Below are positions 19,561 to 27,826 of a stretch of DNA of 47,757 bases, one piece after another. Under the pieces are notes generated by a model. The model was not told where the DNA came from. It did not search any database and saw only the letters and a program-made list of their open reading frames with translations. The stretch's first letter is position 1. Each line of letters begins with the position of its first letter. The translations under genes were made by a program, and so were the position numbers. The DNA is taken from positions 1 to 47,757 of the forward strand of contig JAYOYH010000037.1 in NCBI GenBank assembly GCA_038153405.1. Direction: 5' to 3'. This stretch comes from Gemmatimonadota bacterium. GTDB taxonomy: Bacteria > Latescibacterota > UBA2968 > UBA8231.

Positions 19561-20327
19561 GCCTCCTCAAATCGACCTATGTTCTGCTGGTCTACTGCTT
19601 TCTCTACCTGCCCATTGCCGTCGTCGTTGCGCAGTCGTTCAATGCGGCAAAATACGGCACGCGCTGGCAGGGGTTTACGCTGGCCTGGTATGAGAAGGCA
19701 CTGGCCAGTCCCATTCTCGTCGAAGCGGCCCTCAATTCGCTGTGGGTGGCGATGCTGGCCGCTACGCTGGCCACTGGCCTGGGCACGCTGGGTGCCATTT
19801 GCCTGTTCCGCTATCGCTTTCGCGGCCGCGAAATCATGCGTGGGCTGCTGCTGGCGCTGATGATGATACCCGATATTGTCATGGGTATTGCGCTGCTGGT
19901 GCTCTTTGTCGCGCTGGGCTGGGCGCTGGGCTTTTGGACGCTCCTAATTGCCCACATTACCTTTTGCCTGCCCTTTGTCGTGGTTACGGTTTATGCCCGG
20001 CTGCGCGACTTGAACCCACATTTGGTCGAGGCGGCTATGGATCTGGGCGCCAGCGAGTGGCGCGCGCTGCGCGCCGTTGTCATACCGCTTATGGCGCCGG
20101 CCATTGCCGCCGGCTGGCTGCTCAGCTTTACTCTGTCGATCGACGATGTGATCGTCAGTTTTTTTTCTACCGGCCCGACGTTTGAAATCTTGCCGTTGCG
20201 CATCTATTCGATGGTGCGCGTCGGCGTTAAGCCAGAGGTCAATGCGTTGGCGACCCTGCTCTTTATCATTCCGTTTGTTTTTATCACCCTTTCACAATTT
20301 TTCTCGAAGGAGGAAGAGCGAACGTGA
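19557..20327 (+). CDS. potC: Spermidine/putrescine ABC permease
   Basis: FLYLPI, PDIVMG, EAAMDLGA, SFTLSIDD and PEVNAL. ATGA overlap with potB. Confidence 0.9.
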   Translation: MSLLKSTYVLLVYCFLYLPIAVVVAQSFNAAKYGTRWQGFTLAWYEKALASPILVEAALNSLWVAMLAATLATGLGTLGAICLFRYRFRGREIMRGLLLALMMIPDIVMGIALLVLFVALGWALGFWTLLIAHITFCLPFVVVTVYARLRDLNPHLVEAAMDLGASEWRALRAVVIPLMAPAIAAGWLLSFTLSIDDVIVSFFSTGPTFEILPLRIYSMVRVGVKPEVNALATLLFIIPFVFITLSQFFSKEEERT

Positions 20328-21355
20328 AAAAGGCTCTCTTCTGCGTTGTGTGGCTGTGCGCCGCCCTGCCGGCGCTGGCGTCCGATCGTCAGGTGTTCCT
20401 GTTTAACTGGTCGGAGTATATGCCCGATGCCGTCTTGGAACAGTTCAAGGAGGAAACGGGTATCGAAGTGGTCTACACCACCTTCGACAACAACGAATCG
20501 ATGTACGCCAAGCTCAAGCTGACGGGCGAAAGCGGCTACGACATTGCGGTGCCCTCCACGTACTTTGTTAGTCGCATGCGCGCAGAGGGGCTGTTGCAGA
20601 AACTGGACAAGAGCAAGCTGAGCAATCTGCAGCATATCGATTCCAACAAGCTCAATCAGCCGTTTGATCCGAACAACGAGTATAGCATCCCCTATTTGTG
20701 GGGCAGCACCGGCCTGTCGGTCAACGCCGCTGAGGTAGCGGTCGATAGCGTGCGTTCGTGGTCAGACCTGTGGAGGCCCGAGCACGCCGGACAGATTTTG
20801 CTGATAGACGACGTGCGCGATGTGTTTTCGATGGGTTTGCACGTGTTGGGCTACTCGGCCAATAGCACGGATTCGCTCGAGATACACCGCGCCTACGAAA
20901 AGCTCAAAGAACTGGTGCCCGGCGTGCGCGTCTTTGATGCCGATTCGCCGAAGATGCCCTACCTGAATGGCGAGGTGAACGTCGGTATGAACTGGAACGG
21001 CGAGGTATTTCAGGCGGTCGAAGAAGGCGCGGATATTGCCTATATCTATCCGAAGGAAGGGGCTATGCTGTGGATGGACAACTTGGTCATTCCCAGCGGC
21101 GCCAAGCACGTAGAGGATGCCCACACCTTTATCAACTTTTTACTGCGTCCAGAAATAGCCAAAATGATTTGCGAGGCTATCGGCTACGCTTCGCCGAACA
21201 AGACGGCCATTGGCTTACTTGACGAGGCCGTGCGCAGCAACCGCACGGTCTATCCGACGGAAGAGGACCTACGCGGTTCGGAGTTTCAGAACGACGTGGG
21301 TCCGGCCATTGCCATCTACGAAAAGTACTGGGAGCTGTTGAAGACAGGGCACTGA
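20324..21355 (+). CDS. potD: Spermidine/putrescine ABC substrate-binding protein
   Basis: Signal peptide, FNWSEY, FDNNESMYAKL, YDIAVPSTY, PYLWG, WNGE, PKEG--LWMD and FQNDVG. Confidence 0.9.
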   Translation: MKKALFCVVWLCAALPALASDRQVFLFNWSEYMPDAVLEQFKEETGIEVVYTTFDNNESMYAKLKLTGESGYDIAVPSTYFVSRMRAEGLLQKLDKSKLSNLQHIDSNKLNQPFDPNNEYSIPYLWGSTGLSVNAAEVAVDSVRSWSDLWRPEHAGQILLIDDVRDVFSMGLHVLGYSANSTDSLEIHRAYEKLKELVPGVRVFDADSPKMPYLNGEVNVGMNWNGEVFQAVEEGADIAYIYPKEGAMLWMDNLVIPSGAKHVEDAHTFINFLLRPEIAKMICEAIGYASPNKTAIGLLDEAVRSNRTVYPTEEDLRGSEFQNDVGPAIAIYEKYWELLKTGH

Positions 21356-21373
21356 GCGGCTCTGTAGTACCCC

Positions 21374-21652
21374 GTGTGGTATCTCTACGTGATTCGCTGT
21401 GGCGACGACACGCTCTACACCGGCATCACGACCGATGTAGAGCGTCGCTTGGCCGAACACCAAAGCGGCGGTCGGCGTGCGGCAAAGTATTTACGCGGCC
21501 GCGGGCCGCTCGAACTAGTGGCTAAGGTCGGCGTGGGTGAGCGCGAGCAAGCCGCGCGCTTGGAGCACCGCGTCAAGGCGCTGTCGCGCAGTGAAAAAGA
21601 GCGCCTCGTAGAAGACCCGGCGCTGCTGGTAGAGATGGTAGAATTGCTCTGA
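21374..21652 (+). CDS. GIY-YIG nuclease family protein (UPF0213/YhbQ-like)
   Basis: WYLYVIRCGDDTLYTGITTDVERRLAEH...AKYLRGRGP...LEHRVKAL. Confidence 0.88.
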   Translation: MWYLYVIRCGDDTLYTGITTDVERRLAEHQSGGRRAAKYLRGRGPLELVAKVGVGEREQAARLEHRVKALSRSEKERLVEDPALLVEMVELL

Positions 21653-21653
21653 G

Positions 21654-21699
21654 AAAAAGGCGAGGGGGCGATGGAATAATTCCATCACCCCCTCGCCTT
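21654..21699. terminator. Long hairpin terminator between convergent genes (T-tract on the minus strand)
   Basis: aaggcgagggggcgatggaa-taa-ttccatcaccccctcgcctt, preceded by an A-run. Confidence 0.78.
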
Positions 21700-21713
21700 A
21701 GCGGTGCGGGGAA

Positions 21714-22799
21714 CTACAATTGGAGTGCCGCTACGACTTTGTCGCCGAACTCGGCCGTGCTAATGAGCTGTTCGCCGCCGCGCGATAGATCGGCCGTAGT
21801 AAAGCCATCGGCAAAGACCTGCTGCATGGCGTTCCACAGCGCGTCCGATTCGGCCTTCATGCCAAAGCTCTTGTCGAGCATGAGCGCGACCGAACCGATC
21901 ATCGAGTAGGGGTTGGCAATCCCCTGCCCGGCGATGTCGGGCGCCGAGCCGTGTGAGGGCTCGTAGTAGGCTTTCTCCGGGCCGACGCAGGCCGAGGGCA
22001 TCAGACCGAGCGAACCGAGCAGACCGCCGCCTAAGTCGGAGAGAATATCGCCGAACATATTTTCCATGACCATGACGTCGAACTGCGTCGGCTTGAGAAT
22101 GAGCAGGGTGGCCGCCGCGTCGACGATGATGTGTTCGACGGCGACGTCGGGATATTCCGGTGCCACTTCTTCGAGAACCTCGTTCCACAGCACGCTCGAC
22201 ATCAGCACGTTGCTCTTGTGCACGTTGTGCAGCTTTTTGGTGCGTCCCTGCGCCTCGCCAAAGGCGACGTGCATAATGCGGCGAATCTGGTCTTCGTCGT
22301 ATTCGAGCATTTCGTTGACGTAGCGCTTGCCCTCTCTTTCGCCGCGCTCTTTGCGGCCGAAGTACAGGCCGCCGACCAGTTCGCGGATCATCATGATATC
22401 AATGCCGTCGCCGACCACTTCGGGGCGCAGCGGCGAAAAGTGCTGCACGCCCTTGGGTAGGTAGACGGGGCGAAAGTTGGCAAAGGTGTCGTAGCGCCGT
22501 CGCAGCGGCAACAGGGCGCCGCGTTCGGGCTGCTCCTCGACGGGGATGTTGTCCGACTCGGCTTTGCTCAGGCCGATGGGTCCTTTGATAATGGCGTCGG
22601 CTGCGTCGCAGACGGCTTTGGTTTCCTCGGGGAAGGCGTGGCCGTGCGAAAAGTAGGCACCGCCGCCAAAGGGGGCGCTCGTAATATCAAACTGCGCCCT
22701 GCCAGCTGCCTCGATGGCATTGAGCACTTTGACGGCCTCCTGAGCTATTTCGGGTCCAATGCCGTCGCCTTCGAGCAGGGCAATTTTATGGGCGTTCAT
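21714..22799 (-). CDS. leuB: 3-isopropylmalate dehydrogenase
   Basis: GDGIGPE, PERGALLPLR, IRELVGGLYFG, KSNVL, NMFGDILSD and EPSHGSAPDIAG. Confidence 0.88.
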   Translation of the reverse strand: MNAHKIALLEGDGIGPEIAQEAVKVLNAIEAAGRAQFDITSAPFGGGAYFSHGHAFPEETKAVCDAADAIIKGPIGLSKAESDNIPVEEQPERGALLPLRRRYDTFANFRPVYLPKGVQHFSPLRPEVVGDGIDIMMIRELVGGLYFGRKERGEREGKRYVNEMLEYDEDQIRRIMHVAFGEAQGRTKKLHNVHKSNVLMSSVLWNEVLEEVAPEYPDVAVEHIIVDAAATLLILKPTQFDVMVMENMFGDILSDLGGGLLGSLGLMPSACVGPEKAYYEPSHGSAPDIAGQGIANPYSMIGSVALMLDKSFGMKAESDALWNAMQQVFADGFTTADLSRGGEQLISTAEFGDKVVAALQL

Positions 22800-22813
22800 C
22801 CATCCCTCCTATA

Positions 22814-24142
22814 TCAGATGTCGATTTTCTTAAACTGCGGCAGGTAGTTTTTGTTTTTCTTAAACATCTCGCGCACCATCTGGCGAATTTCGGCCAGCGA
22901 GAGCTTGGCCGCTGTCAGCGGATCGTGGGCGATGGCCTGGTAGATCATTTCGGGATCACCCGACAGCGAGCCTTCTACCGTGAGCATTTCGATTTGCGCG
23001 CTCAGGTTGGTCAGCATCGCGCAGGAGGCCGGCAGTGAGCCGACGCGAATGGGCTCGAGCTGGTTGCGCGTGGCCAGTACTGGCACCTCGACGCAGGCAC
23101 CCTGCGGCAAGTTGTCGATCAGTTTGTCGTTGGGCACATTGCCGTTGAACTTAAACGGTTCGCCGCCGACCCAGGCGTTGGCGATATAGGCGGCGTATTC
23201 GTGGCCGCGCTCCAGCGATATAGGCGAGTCACTGGCCAGCCACTTTTTCACCTCGGTCTTCCAGGTTTTCTCTCGCTCGCGATAGCGCTTGAGGATATGG
23301 GCGTATTCACCGGGGTTCCAGCCCGTGCCGTCCTTGCAGTATTTCTTGATCAGATCGGGACGCTTGCGAAACCACCAATTGTACTCGGAGTTGTGACCGG
23401 AAGATTCAGTGACGTAGTAGCCCATGGCCAGGAACATCTCGTTGCGCACCTGCTCGTGGTTATAGACGTCTTTGTCGCTCTGCACCAATGTGCGCAGGCG
23501 CGGTATGAGGTCGCGGCCTTTATGCTTGAACTCCATAAAGAACGCCATGTGATTGATGCCAGCGCAGACGTAGTCGATGGATTCGGGCTTGAGGCCGAGC
23601 CAGCGCGCCAACATGGCCGAGGTGCCCTGCACGCTATGGCAGAGACCGGTAATGGCGATGTCCGTCTCGCGCTGCATAGCGTGGCAGAGCATGGCCATTG
23701 GGTTGGTGTAGTTGAGCATGATGGCGTTGGGGCACAGTTCCTGCATGTCGCGTGCAATGCCGAGCATCGGATCGAAGGTGCGCAGGGCGCGGAATATACC
23801 GCTGGGGCCGCGCGTGTCGCCGACGTTGGTATCGATGCCGTACTTCTTGGGAATGAGAATATCGTGCTGCCAGACGTTGGTGCGACCATTGAGGATGGTC
23901 ACCATAACGGCATCGGCGCCCTTGAGCGCTTGGCGCCTATCTGTCGTCGCCGTGATCTTGGCCGGGTAGTTGCCTTGGTCGATGATCTTTTGGCAGGCGC
24001 GCCGAGCAAAATCGAGGCGCTCCTTGTTGATGTCGACGAGCGCGATTTCGCTGCCTTTCAAAAGAGGGAAGGTGAGTAGGTCGCGGACCAAGCCGCGCGT
24101 AAAGCCAAAGCTGCCGGCGCCAATAAAAACTATTTTGGGCAT
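22814..24142 (-). CDS. melA: Family 4 glycoside hydrolase, alpha-galactosidase-like
   Basis: [39 protein letters not shown] and [10 protein letters not shown]. Confidence 0.85.
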   Translation of the reverse strand: MPKIVFIGAGSFGFTRGLVRDLLTFPLLKGSEIALVDINKERLDFARRACQKIIDQGNYPAKITATTDRRQALKGADAVMVTILNGRTNVWQHDILIPKKYGIDTNVGDTRGPSGIFRALRTFDPMLGIARDMQELCPNAIMLNYTNPMAMLCHAMQRETDIAITGLCHSVQGTSAMLARWLGLKPESIDYVCAGINHMAFFMEFKHKGRDLIPRLRTLVQSDKDVYNHEQVRNEMFLAMGYYVTESSGHNSEYNWWFRKRPDLIKKYCKDGTGWNPGEYAHILKRYREREKTWKTEVKKWLASDSPISLERGHEYAAYIANAWVGGEPFKFNGNVPNDKLIDNLPQGACVEVPVLATRNQLEPIRVGSLPASCAMLTNLSAQIEMLTVEGSLSGDPEMIYQAIAHDPLTAAKLSLAEIRQMVREMFKKNKNYLPQFKKIDI

Positions 24143-24217
24143 GGAGATTAGACCTTTCCATAGGAACGGTTGAGCGGTTGTCTACAGGGCGCGAGCGCAA
24201 ATGTCTCTCGCACCAAA

Positions 24218-24246
24218 TTGATAGCCACCAGTTTTAAAACTATACT
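24218..24246 (+). promoter_or_regulatory. Sigma70-type promoter with a 12-bp palindrome in the spacer
   Basis: TTGATA-17 nt-TATACT, with agttttaaaact at 24230-24241. Confidence 0.6.
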
Positions 24247-24303
24247 GTGTTGGGTTTCATGCCAACTGGTGACTCCGCAGGTGGAACAAGAGGAGAATGA
24301 GCA

Positions 24304-25542
24304 ATGAGTGCCGAGGATTTTGCCGTCGATAAAATAGAGAAGACCGTGCTGCACGTGCCGTTTCACGAGCGCTGCGCGCATCATATGGAAGTCTATGGGC
24401 CGGGCTGGTCGATTGTCGAGCTGATTCGGGTGGAGACCAAGGGCGGTGTCGCGGGCGTCGGTGAGACGATTCAGGGCTATACCTGGGGGCATTCGGGCCA
24501 GCGCGAATTCGCTCGCGCACAGGGAAAAAACCTATTCGAGCTGCTGTGGGACGACGGGTTGGGCGCCGGGCTGCAGATGGCGCTGTGGGACGCGGCGGGC
24601 AAGGCGTTGGGCGTGCCTTGTCACCGGTTGATGGGTCCACAGCACCGCGATATATGCCCCGTTTCTTGGTGGGCGCAGAGCATGCCGCCGGAGGACTGGG
24701 CACAGGAGGCGCGCTGGGCGGAGGAAAACGGCTTCACGACGATGAAGGTCAAGGCGCGCCCTTGGTATGATATCGACGCGCAGCTGAATGCTGTCAGCCA
24801 GGCCTCGTCGCGTCACTTTCGTCTCGATGCCGATTTTAATGGATTGCTGCTAGGGGTCGATAAGGCCGCGCCGCTGATAGGCCGCTTGGAAGAGCGCTAC
24901 GAGCGTTTGGCTATCGTCGAGTCGCCGCTGCCGCAGGACGACGTGGCCGGCAACAAGCTGCTGCGCCAGAAGATTCGCAGTCCGATCTCGATGCACTTTG
25001 GCTCGCCGCCCGTTATGACGGCCATCCGCGAGGGCGTCTGCGACGGCTTTGTGATCGGCGGTGGCGTCAAGCGCGTGCTCGACGAAGGCACGCTGGCGGA
25101 GAAGGCCAAAATGCCGTTCTGGCTGCAGATGGTTGGAACTGGCCTCACGACGACGTTTGCCGTGCACTTGGGGGCGGTGCTCCAAGAAGCGCGCTGGCCG
25201 GCCATTCCCTGCATCAACATTTACTCGCATACGCTGCTGAAAGAGTTCGCCGTCGAGGGCGGACATATCGCCGTGCCGCAGGCGCCGGGTTTGGGGGTCG
25301 AACTGGACTGGGATGCGGTGGAGCGGTTTCGCGTAGAGGACGATTTCAAAAAGGAGTCCGTGCGGCAGATCCACGCCATCCACTGGCCAGAAGGGCGCAC
25401 CACGCAGTATAGCAGCGGCAGCTATAGAGCCGATTTCCTGGCCGGCAAGCTGACCGGCTTTGTGCCGGATATACGGCTGGAGGTGCGTCTGGACGACGGC
25501 TCGGCGGAGTTTGATCGCGCATACAAGGCGCTAGTTGCTTGA
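24304..25542 (+). CDS. Enolase superfamily (mandelate racemase/MLE-like) enzyme
   Basis: GVGE, MALWDAAGKALGVPCHRLMG, GFTTMKVKAR, LDADFN, VESP and PQAPGLGVELD. AGAGGAG RBS. Confidence 0.85.
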   Translation: MSAEDFAVDKIEKTVLHVPFHERCAHHMEVYGPGWSIVELIRVETKGGVAGVGETIQGYTWGHSGQREFARAQGKNLFELLWDDGLGAGLQMALWDAAGKALGVPCHRLMGPQHRDICPVSWWAQSMPPEDWAQEARWAEENGFTTMKVKARPWYDIDAQLNAVSQASSRHFRLDADFNGLLLGVDKAAPLIGRLEERYERLAIVESPLPQDDVAGNKLLRQKIRSPISMHFGSPPVMTAIREGVCDGFVIGGGVKRVLDEGTLAEKAKMPFWLQMVGTGLTTTFAVHLGAVLQEARWPAIPCINIYSHTLLKEFAVEGGHIAVPQAPGLGVELDWDAVERFRVEDDFKKESVRQIHAIHWPEGRTTQYSSGSYRADFLAGKLTGFVPDIRLEVRLDDGSAEFDRAYKALVA

Positions 25543-25543
25543 A

Positions 25544-27775
25544 ATGCTGCGTCGCAATCTGGGTGAGTTATGGGAGATAGCATGTATTCTTCTCGCAGCA
25601 TTTCTATTGCGTGCTTGGCCACTGCTGATGGGGGTGCCGGTAGAGCACCCGGACGAGTATACCTACGTTTTTATTCCGCTCAATTTCTTTAGCGGAGATG
25701 TAAACCCCCATTTTTTTACGTATCCGACGCTGCATTACTACCTGCTGGCTGGGGTCTATGCCATACACTGTCTGGCGAGCGATTTCAGTTTCTACGAGTG
25801 GGTATCGTTTCACTACTTATGGCAGCCTGAAGACTTACTGCAGCTTGCGCGTTGGGTGAGCGTATTTTTTTCCTCGGCCACCGTAATAGTCGTCGGAGCC
25901 ATCGTGCGGCGTTTTGCCGGCGCGCAAGCTGGACTTGTCGCCGCAAGTATACTGGCGTGTAATGTGATACACGTGCGCCAGAGCAGCCTGGCCGCCGTGG
26001 ATATTCCGCTGACGTTCTGGGTGGTAAGTGCTGTTTGGGCCGCGCTGCGTTTGTTGGAATGCGGCGAGAGAAAAGACTATTTGATCGCTGGTGTATTGCT
26101 CGGCCTGGCTACCAGTTGCAAGTACCCCGCCGCCGCGATCGCCCCCGTGTTCCTCGTTGCCCATGTGCTGGCAGGGCGTCGACTATTTGACCATCGCCTT
26201 TGGTGGATTGCCGGCGCCGCGCTGTCGAGCTTTATGCTGAGTTCGCCGTATGTATTGTTAGATCACGGTCTATCGTCCAAACACATATTGAACCAAGTAC
26301 AGCACGTCGGAGAGGGGCGTGGCGCCGCAGACATTCCCACCGCACTCTTTCACGTGTGGATCAGCCTGCGCCATGGCTCAGGTTGGATTGGACTGCTGGC
26401 AACATTGGCTTGTTTGGTCTTTCTGCTCAGGCGTCCGAGCCCTGCGAACTGGGTGCTCTTTACCGCACTGCTGTGTTACTATGCCATGATTAGCTGGGGG
26501 GAGCTTACCTTCGTCCGCTATGCGCTGCCGCTCATTGCGCTGCAGGCCACATTGCTTGGTATGGGATGGAGTAGACTGGTCGGTCGCTGGCGCTATGTGC
26601 TGTGGGCTCTCCTGCTCGTCGAACCGGTATATGGTTCACTGCAACTAGTCCGTATTCAGGGGCAAAAAGACACACGCATACAGGCGAGGGAATCGATTGA
26701 GGCATTGGTTCCAGAGGGGGCAAGAATAGCCAATTTTGGCGGCTGGGCTGGCGATGTCCAACTGCGCACAATTGATAAACTATGGTGGCGATTGCGCCGC
26801 TTTGAAGATGCGTATGGACACGAACGCGTGCTTTCCCTACTGGATTTTTTCGAGCGAACGCGCCCTGCGGAACCGTTCTATTTATACATGCGTAAGCCGG
26901 GTAATAATGAATACTCAGCAGGTAATTGGAGCTTAGTTATAGAGAGTGAAGCCACGCATATACTCATGCATTCGCACCTATTGGAATACTCGTATATAGA
27001 TACGGTATTTTTCAATGGATTGGCCTCCCAAGCCCGTCATGTGCAGACGTGGACGCCTCAGGGCATATTGGCATCGGACCCGCAGTACGATTGGTCGGAT
27101 GCCTACTACGTGCCGATTGGAGATTGGGGAGAGTTGCGCGAGCCAGGCCCCGTAGTGGAAATGTGGACAATGGAAGAAGAGCCCATGCCGCAGATCTGGA
27201 GCGCTCGCGACTTGCTTGCTTTGGCCTATGCGGACGAAGTCGGCGTGCAAATGAATCTGGGAAATATGGATTTTGCTGCGGATGCGCTACAGAAAGCGTT
27301 GGATTTGGGTGGAGACCAACTGGATGTCCTCTATGTGCTGTGCGATTATTATGTCGAGCAAGAAGAATATGACAAAGCACAGCAAGTGCTCGCTTTTATT
27401 GCAGGTTTAGACCCCACCAGTTGGCGCCCTTATATCGGTCTGGGAAGAATGTATGTGAAGTCGAGAAAGTGGGCAGATGCGCAGTCTTCAATACAGACGG
27501 CGTTGGACATGGGGGCCACGGCCGCTAGCGTGTATATGCTCTTAGGCGTTGTGCAGGTCAGGCTTGGTGATGTCAATTCGGGAATACGCACGTTGCAGCG
27601 CGTGGTAGAAACGGACGCAAACTATGTCGATGGTTGGTTTAATTTGGCGTTGGCACTGCGGTTAGCAGATCAAGCTCCAGAGGCGCGGAGTGCTTTGCTG
27701 CGAGTACTAAAGCTCAACCCACACTACGAGGTTGAAGGCCAGCGGTTGTCGACGTTGCTTCGTCGAGGTTACTGA
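25544..27775 (+). CDS. GT-C (PMT_2/ArnT-like) membrane glycosyltransferase with C-terminal TPRs
   Basis: HPDEY motif after TM1, many TM helices, AAVD and GLATSCKYP motifs, and C-terminal TPR-like repeats. Confidence 0.75.
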   Translation: MLRRNLGELWEIACILLAAFLLRAWPLLMGVPVEHPDEYTYVFIPLNFFSGDVNPHFFTYPTLHYYLLAGVYAIHCLASDFSFYEWVSFHYLWQPEDLLQLARWVSVFFSSATVIVVGAIVRRFAGAQAGLVAASILACNVIHVRQSSLAAVDIPLTFWVVSAVWAALRLLECGERKDYLIAGVLLGLATSCKYPAAAIAPVFLVAHVLAGRRLFDHRLWWIAGAALSSFMLSSPYVLLDHGLSSKHILNQVQHVGEGRGAADIPTALFHVWISLRHGSGWIGLLATLACLVFLLRRPSPANWVLFTALLCYYAMISWGELTFVRYALPLIALQATLLGMGWSRLVGRWRYVLWALLLVEPVYGSLQLVRIQGQKDTRIQARESIEALVPEGARIANFGGWAGDVQLRTIDKLWWRLRRFEDAYGHERVLSLLDFFERTRPAEPFYLYMRKPGNNEYSAGNWSLVIESEATHILMHSHLLEYSYIDTVFFNGLASQARHVQTWTPQGILASDPQYDWSDAYYVPIGDWGELREPGPVVEMWTMEEEPMPQIWSARDLLALAYADEVGVQMNLGNMDFAADALQKALDLGGDQLDVLYVLCDYYVEQEEYDKAQQVLAFIAGLDPTSWRPYIGLGRMYVKSRKWADAQSSIQTALDMGATAASVYMLLGVVQVRLGDVNSGIRTLQRVVETDANYVDGWFNLALALRLADQAPEARSALLRVLKLNPHYEVEGQRLSTLLRRGY

Positions 27776-27826
27776 TATATCACGTCATTAACATTGCACG
27801 CTTAGCGTCCGAATCAGTGGAGTTTG

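Noticed and set aside
21374..21652. Homing endonuclease or mobile element
   Set aside because: It is a small stand-alone UPF0213-type GIY-YIG protein with no intron, inverted repeats or target duplication.
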